DNA of 64,000 bases from an uncultured Actinomycetes bacterium (GTDB taxonomy: Bacteria > Actinomycetota > Thermoleophilia > UBA2241): positions 606,935-670,934 of the forward strand of contig CAVRZA010000011.1 of NCBI GenBank assembly GCA_963725665.1. Direction: 5' to 3'. The notes beneath the pieces were generated by a model that saw only the letters and a program-made list of their open reading frames with translations, was not told the DNA's origin and ran no database searches. Position numbers and translations under genes: made by a program. The stretch's first letter is position 1, and every line of letters begins with the position of its first letter. Below, piece by piece: positions 60,966 to 64,000 of this stretch.

Positions 60966-61395
60966 TTGCTGCTCCCCGACGTCAACGTGCTGATCAGCGC
61001 GCACCGCGCCGATAGCCCGTTGCACGAGAGCTGCAGAAACTGGCTGCGCTCGGTCTACGCAGGCGACGAAGCCTTCGCGCTCTGCGCGCCGGTCCTGATC
61101 GGGCTCGTGCGCATCCTGACCCACCCGCGGGTCTTTGCCCCGCCCGACACGCACGACCAGGCGTTCGCCTTCGTGGACTCTCTGCTCGGCCACCCCAACG
61201 CGGTCCTGCTCAACCCGGGCCGCGACCACGTGCGGCTCTTCGAGGAGCTCTGCCGAGCGTGCTGATGCGCGCGGCGACCTTGTCACCGACGCGTACCTGG
61301 CGGCCCTGGCCATCGAGACGGGAGCGGTGCTCGTGAGCGCCGACCGCGACTTCGGCCGTTTCCCAGGTCTGCGCTGGCGCCGACCGTTCGACTGA
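60966..61395 (+). CDS. VapC PIN-domain toxin (frameshift near 61255)
   Basis: LPDVNVL, RILTHPR, DAYLAALAIE, SADRDF. Confidence 0.9.
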
Positions 61396-61597
61396 AGCGG
61401 GATGGCCTTCCCCATCGGCGGCAGACGTCAACTCCGTTCCCCGTGATCAGCGTTGACGGCCAACCAGGACGACGAGGTACGGTGGTGGTTGGCGATGCGC
61501 GCCTGCTGTCACGGCTGCGTCGGTCGCTTGGCAGCCTGTCACGATACGACTTCGGTAAACTGGCGTGTCTGAAGACAGCGAAGCGCTGGCAGGCTGC

Positions 61598-61738
61598 GTG
61601 AGGCTCTTCGAGCACCCCGACTTCATGACCATCATGATCGCGACCGGCGAGCACTTCGGCAGGCGGCCCCAGTTTGCAGAGAAGGACTACTACGTCACCG
61701 AAGCACTACGCGCGGTGGCTACGCGCTACGGGGAGTGA
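61598..61738 (+). pseudogene. Truncated AbiEii/AbiGii-type nucleotidyltransferase toxin N-terminus (46 aa)
   Basis: Below ORF cutoff. VRLFEHPDF...PQFAEKDYYVTEALRAVA..* carries the EKDY motif and stops before the KGGT motif expected next. Confidence 0.7.
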
Positions 61739-61772
61739 GGGAGGGGCGCCGCAGTCTCCCCCGCCCTCAGTG

Positions 61773-61801
61773 TTGACGCCAGTTAGCATATCCGCTAACC
61801 T
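61773..61801 (+). promoter_or_regulatory. Promoter with operator (leaderless transcript)
   Basis: TTGACG-N17-TAACCT. GTTAGC-atatcc-GCTAAC at 61782-61799. ATG 5 nt after the -10. Confidence 0.8.
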
Positions 61802-61806
61802 TCGCA

Positions 61807-62133
61807 ATGCCGTACTCCGTCGAGTACTTCAACGAGCGCGTCCTCGCTGAGATCGAACGGTGGCCGGTCGGCGTGCTTGCCGACTACGCGCGGCTCGTCG
61901 AGTTGCTCATGGAGTTCGGCCCGGACCTGCACATGCCGCACTCGCGGGCGCTGGGCGGCGGCCTCTTCGAGCTCCGCCCTCATGGCCGCGAAGGCATCGG
62001 TCGGGCCTTGTACTGCTATCTCGTCGGTGAGCGGGTGGTCGTGCTCCACGCCTTCATGAAGAAGACGAAGGCGACGCCAAAGCAGGAGCTGGTGATCGCC
62101 CGCCGCCGGATGAAGGAGGTCCGTCATGGCTGA
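61807..62133 (+). CDS. RelE/HigB-family (Gp49-like) toxin
   Basis: MPHSRALGGGLFELR, RALYC, VLHAFMKKTKATP. Confidence 0.92.
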   Translation: MPYSVEYFNERVLAEIERWPVGVLADYARLVELLMEFGPDLHMPHSRALGGGLFELRPHGREGIGRALYCYLVGERVVVLHAFMKKTKATPKQELVIARRRMKEVRHG

Positions 62134-62485
62134 GCGCGAGTACCGCCCGGTTGCCCACGACCACGACGAGTTCCTCGAGCGGGCCATGAGGCGCAAGGGC
62201 TTCGCCGCCGCCTACGCCGAACGCGCCGACGAGTACGAGCTCGTGCGCGAGCTGCTTGCCGCCCGCGCCCAGGCCGGACTCACCCAGGAGCAGGTCGCCG
62301 CGTGCATGGGCACGACCAAGAGCGCGGTCTCGCGGCTGGAAGGCATCGGCAAACACTCGCCGTCGGTGGGCACCCTCAAGAAGTACGCGCGGGCGGTGGG
62401 GTGTGAGGTGGAGATCCGCCTCGTCCCGTCTTCTCGCCCAACAACGGCATCCACCCGACGGTCGCTGCGTGGCTGCGGGGGATGA
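62126..62485 (+). CDS. XRE-HTH antitoxin (HigA-like)
   Basis: GLTQEQVAACMGTTKSAVSRLE, PSVGTLKKYARAVG. Confidence 0.92.
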   Translation: MAEREYRPVAHDHDEFLERAMRRKGFAAAYAERADEYELVRELLAARAQAGLTQEQVAACMGTTKSAVSRLEGIGKHSPSVGTLKKYARAVGCEVEIRLVPSSRPTTASTRRSLRGCGG

Positions 62486-62516
62486 CGGCAGCGTTGTGCC
62501 TGACCACTGGTGTCGC

Positions 62517-62545
62517 TTGACCATATGTCAGTTCTGACATAGACT
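62517..62545 (+). promoter_or_regulatory. Promoter with operator
   Basis: TTGACC-N17-TAGACT. TATGTCAG-tt-CTGACATA at 62524-62541. Confidence 0.82.
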
Positions 62546-62553
62546 CCTGTCTG

Positions 62554-62776
62554 TTGAGGCGCAGCGCCGACAAACCGCTCGTGTGGCTGCATGGGGAGGT
62601 TCGCACCCCGCCGCTCACGGCGGCCGCTCGTGTGGAAGCTGGCGTACATCGATGCCGATGCGATCATCGTGGCGGGGGTGTTCGCCAAGAAGACGCGGGC
62701 TACCCCCAGGTCGGTAGTCGATGCATGCCAACGCCGATTGCGCCTCTACGATGCGATCGCGGGCGAGAAGGAGTGA
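62554..62776 (+). pseudogene. RelE/HigB-family toxin with internal deletion and frameshift
   Basis: N-terminal DKPLVWLHGEVRTPP..ARVEAG joins out of frame to C-terminal IDADAIIVAGVFAKKTRATP. The central MPHSR..ELR block is absent. Confidence 0.8.
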
Positions 62777-62781
62777 GCGCG

Positions 62782-63099
62782 ATGGACGAGGCCAAGAGGG
62801 ACCGACTGGCGGCCGCCGGCTGGCGGAGCGGCGAGGCGGCCGACTTCCTCGAACTGACGGAAGAGGAGGCGGCGTTCGTCGAGCTCAAGCTCGCGCTGGC
62901 CGACTACCTGCGCGAGTTGCGCACGCAGAACTCCTGGACCCAGTCGCAGGTGGCACGCCGGCTCGGCTCGAGCCAGTCGCGGGTCGCCAAGATGGAGGCT
63001 GCCGACGCCTCTGTCTCGCTCGATCTGCTGGTCAAGTCGCTTCTCGCCCTCGGAGTGTCGCGCAGCGAGGTCGGCCGCGTGATCTCGAAGGCGGCTTAG
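62782..63099 (+). CDS. XRE-HTH antitoxin
   Basis: FLELTEEEAAFVELKL, WTQSQVARRLGSSQSRVAKME, VSLDLLVK. Confidence 0.9.
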   Translation: MDEAKRDRLAAAGWRSGEAADFLELTEEEAAFVELKLALADYLRELRTQNSWTQSQVARRLGSSQSRVAKMEAADASVSLDLLVKSLLALGVSRSEVGRVISKAA

Positions 63100-63325
63100 C
63101 AGCGTCACCCACCTGACAGTCGCTGCAGCTTAGACGAAGTGGGGGGTGTTGGGTTCTGCCAGGCCGTTCTACCGCGCGTCTCCGGTCCGTTGACGCGCTG
63201 TCGTCGATAGCGTACGAGTAGGAAGAAGGCACAGGCGCCGCCCAAAACGGTGTTAGTGACAACAAGACTCTCGCTCCATGGATACATTGGTGGTACTGTT
63301 ACTCGTATCATAGGAGGTATCGTCA

Positions 63326-63601
63326 ATGGCAACAGTGCCCGATATCGTGCCCATCTCCGACCTGCGCCAAGACGCTGCCGGCGTGATCAAGCGTGCCGCC
63401 ACGTCGCACGAGCCCGTGTTCATCACGCAGCGCGGCCGGGCCGCCGCCGTCATGGTCAGCGCGCAGACCTACGAGCGCACCCAGCACGAGCTCGAGATCC
63501 TGCGACTCCTGGCCCGCGGCGAGGCTGAGATCGAAGGCGGCAGCGGCTACGACCTCGACGTCGTGCTGGCCGCGGCCGACGAGCTGCTCGGCAGGCCTTG
63601 A
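63326..63601 (+). CDS. Phd/YefM antitoxin
   Basis: IVPISDLRQ, EPVFITQRGRAAAVMVS. AGGAGG RBS. Confidence 0.92.
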   Translation: MATVPDIVPISDLRQDAAGVIKRAATSHEPVFITQRGRAAAVMVSAQTYERTQHELEILRLLARGEAEIEGGSGYDLDVVLAAADELLGRP

Positions 63602-63930
63602 GGCGCAAGGTCGTCTTCACGCCGGCCGCCCGGGCGCAGTTCCTCGCGGCCCTTGCCTACATTCGCGCCGACAACCCCGCGGCCGCGGCCGCCCTGCGTG
63701 AGCAGGCCGCGGCCTCGCTGTCTCGTCTGCGTGACTATCCCGAGTCCGGTCGCGTGCTGCCCGAGTTCCCCGACTTGCCCTTCCGCGAGGTCGTGGTCGC
63801 GCCGTACCGCTTCTTCTATCGCCTCAAGTCCGATGCGGTGTGGATCGTGGCCGTGTGGCACTCGGCGCAGCTGCCGGGCGACCCGGAGGGTGAGGCGCGC
63901 GGACCCGTGAGTGATCTGAGGAAGGCATGA
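63598..63930 (+). CDS. RelE/ParE toxin
   Basis: YIRADNPAAA, YPESGRVLPE, REVVVAPYRFFYR, IVAVWH. TTGA overlap with the antitoxin. Confidence 0.92.
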   Translation: MRRKVVFTPAARAQFLAALAYIRADNPAAAAALREQAAASLSRLRDYPESGRVLPEFPDLPFREVVVAPYRFFYRLKSDAVWIVAVWHSAQLPGDPEGEARGPVSDLRKA

Positions 63931-64000
63931 GGATAGCCGTCACCGGCGGCGCCGGCTTCATCGGGTCGCACCTCGTCGACGCGCTCGTTGCGGCCGGTCA
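63927..64000 (+). CDS. NAD-dependent epimerase/dehydratase (runs off window end)
   Basis: MRIAVTGGAGFIGSHLVDAL Rossmann motif. ATGA overlap with the toxin stop. Confidence 0.88.
   Translation, partial: MRIAVTGGAGFIGSHLVDALVAAG

Noticed and set aside
62554-63099. A genuine 181-aa toxin-antitoxin fusion protein
   Set aside because: The middle section is an off-frame reading of the toxin C-terminus. The antitoxin has its own AGGAG RBS and ATG at 62782.
60540-63930. Integron cassette array
   Set aside because: No integrase and no repeated attC-like elements. The one inverted pair CGTCAAC/GTTGACG near 61425-61460 misses the consensus and does not recur.
1-64000. CRISPR array, rRNA, transposase or prophage
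   Set aside because: No regularly spaced repeats with unique spacers and no recognisable motifs for these elements.

Overview
High-GC bacterial chromosomal window. Gene content and style point to Actinomycetota, possibly Thermoleophilia-like (inference). It holds nfo, two tRNAs (Glu-TTC, Lys-TTT), a purine cluster (purS-Q-L-F, purM, purH) with an inserted coupled trio of PfkB kinase, divergent PurN and HAD hydrolase, and a peptidoglycan cluster (L,D-transpeptidase, dacB, murT/gatD, ddl). It also has a partial Wbp-type di-N-acetyl-uronic acid sugar pathway, several peptidases, and two paralogous ECF sigma/anti-sigma modules. At the right end is a dense array of toxin-antitoxin modules, at least two with a clear promoter plus palindromic operator. 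About 13 genes carry single-base frameshifts, probably assembly errors, so many coordinates were rebuilt across frames. Best candidates for new biology: the pur-embedded trio, the ECF/anti-sigma/paralogous-lipoprotein module, a highly structured ~770 bp intergenic region between murT and ddl, and the TA array. All family calls come from motif recognition by eye; no database search was run.
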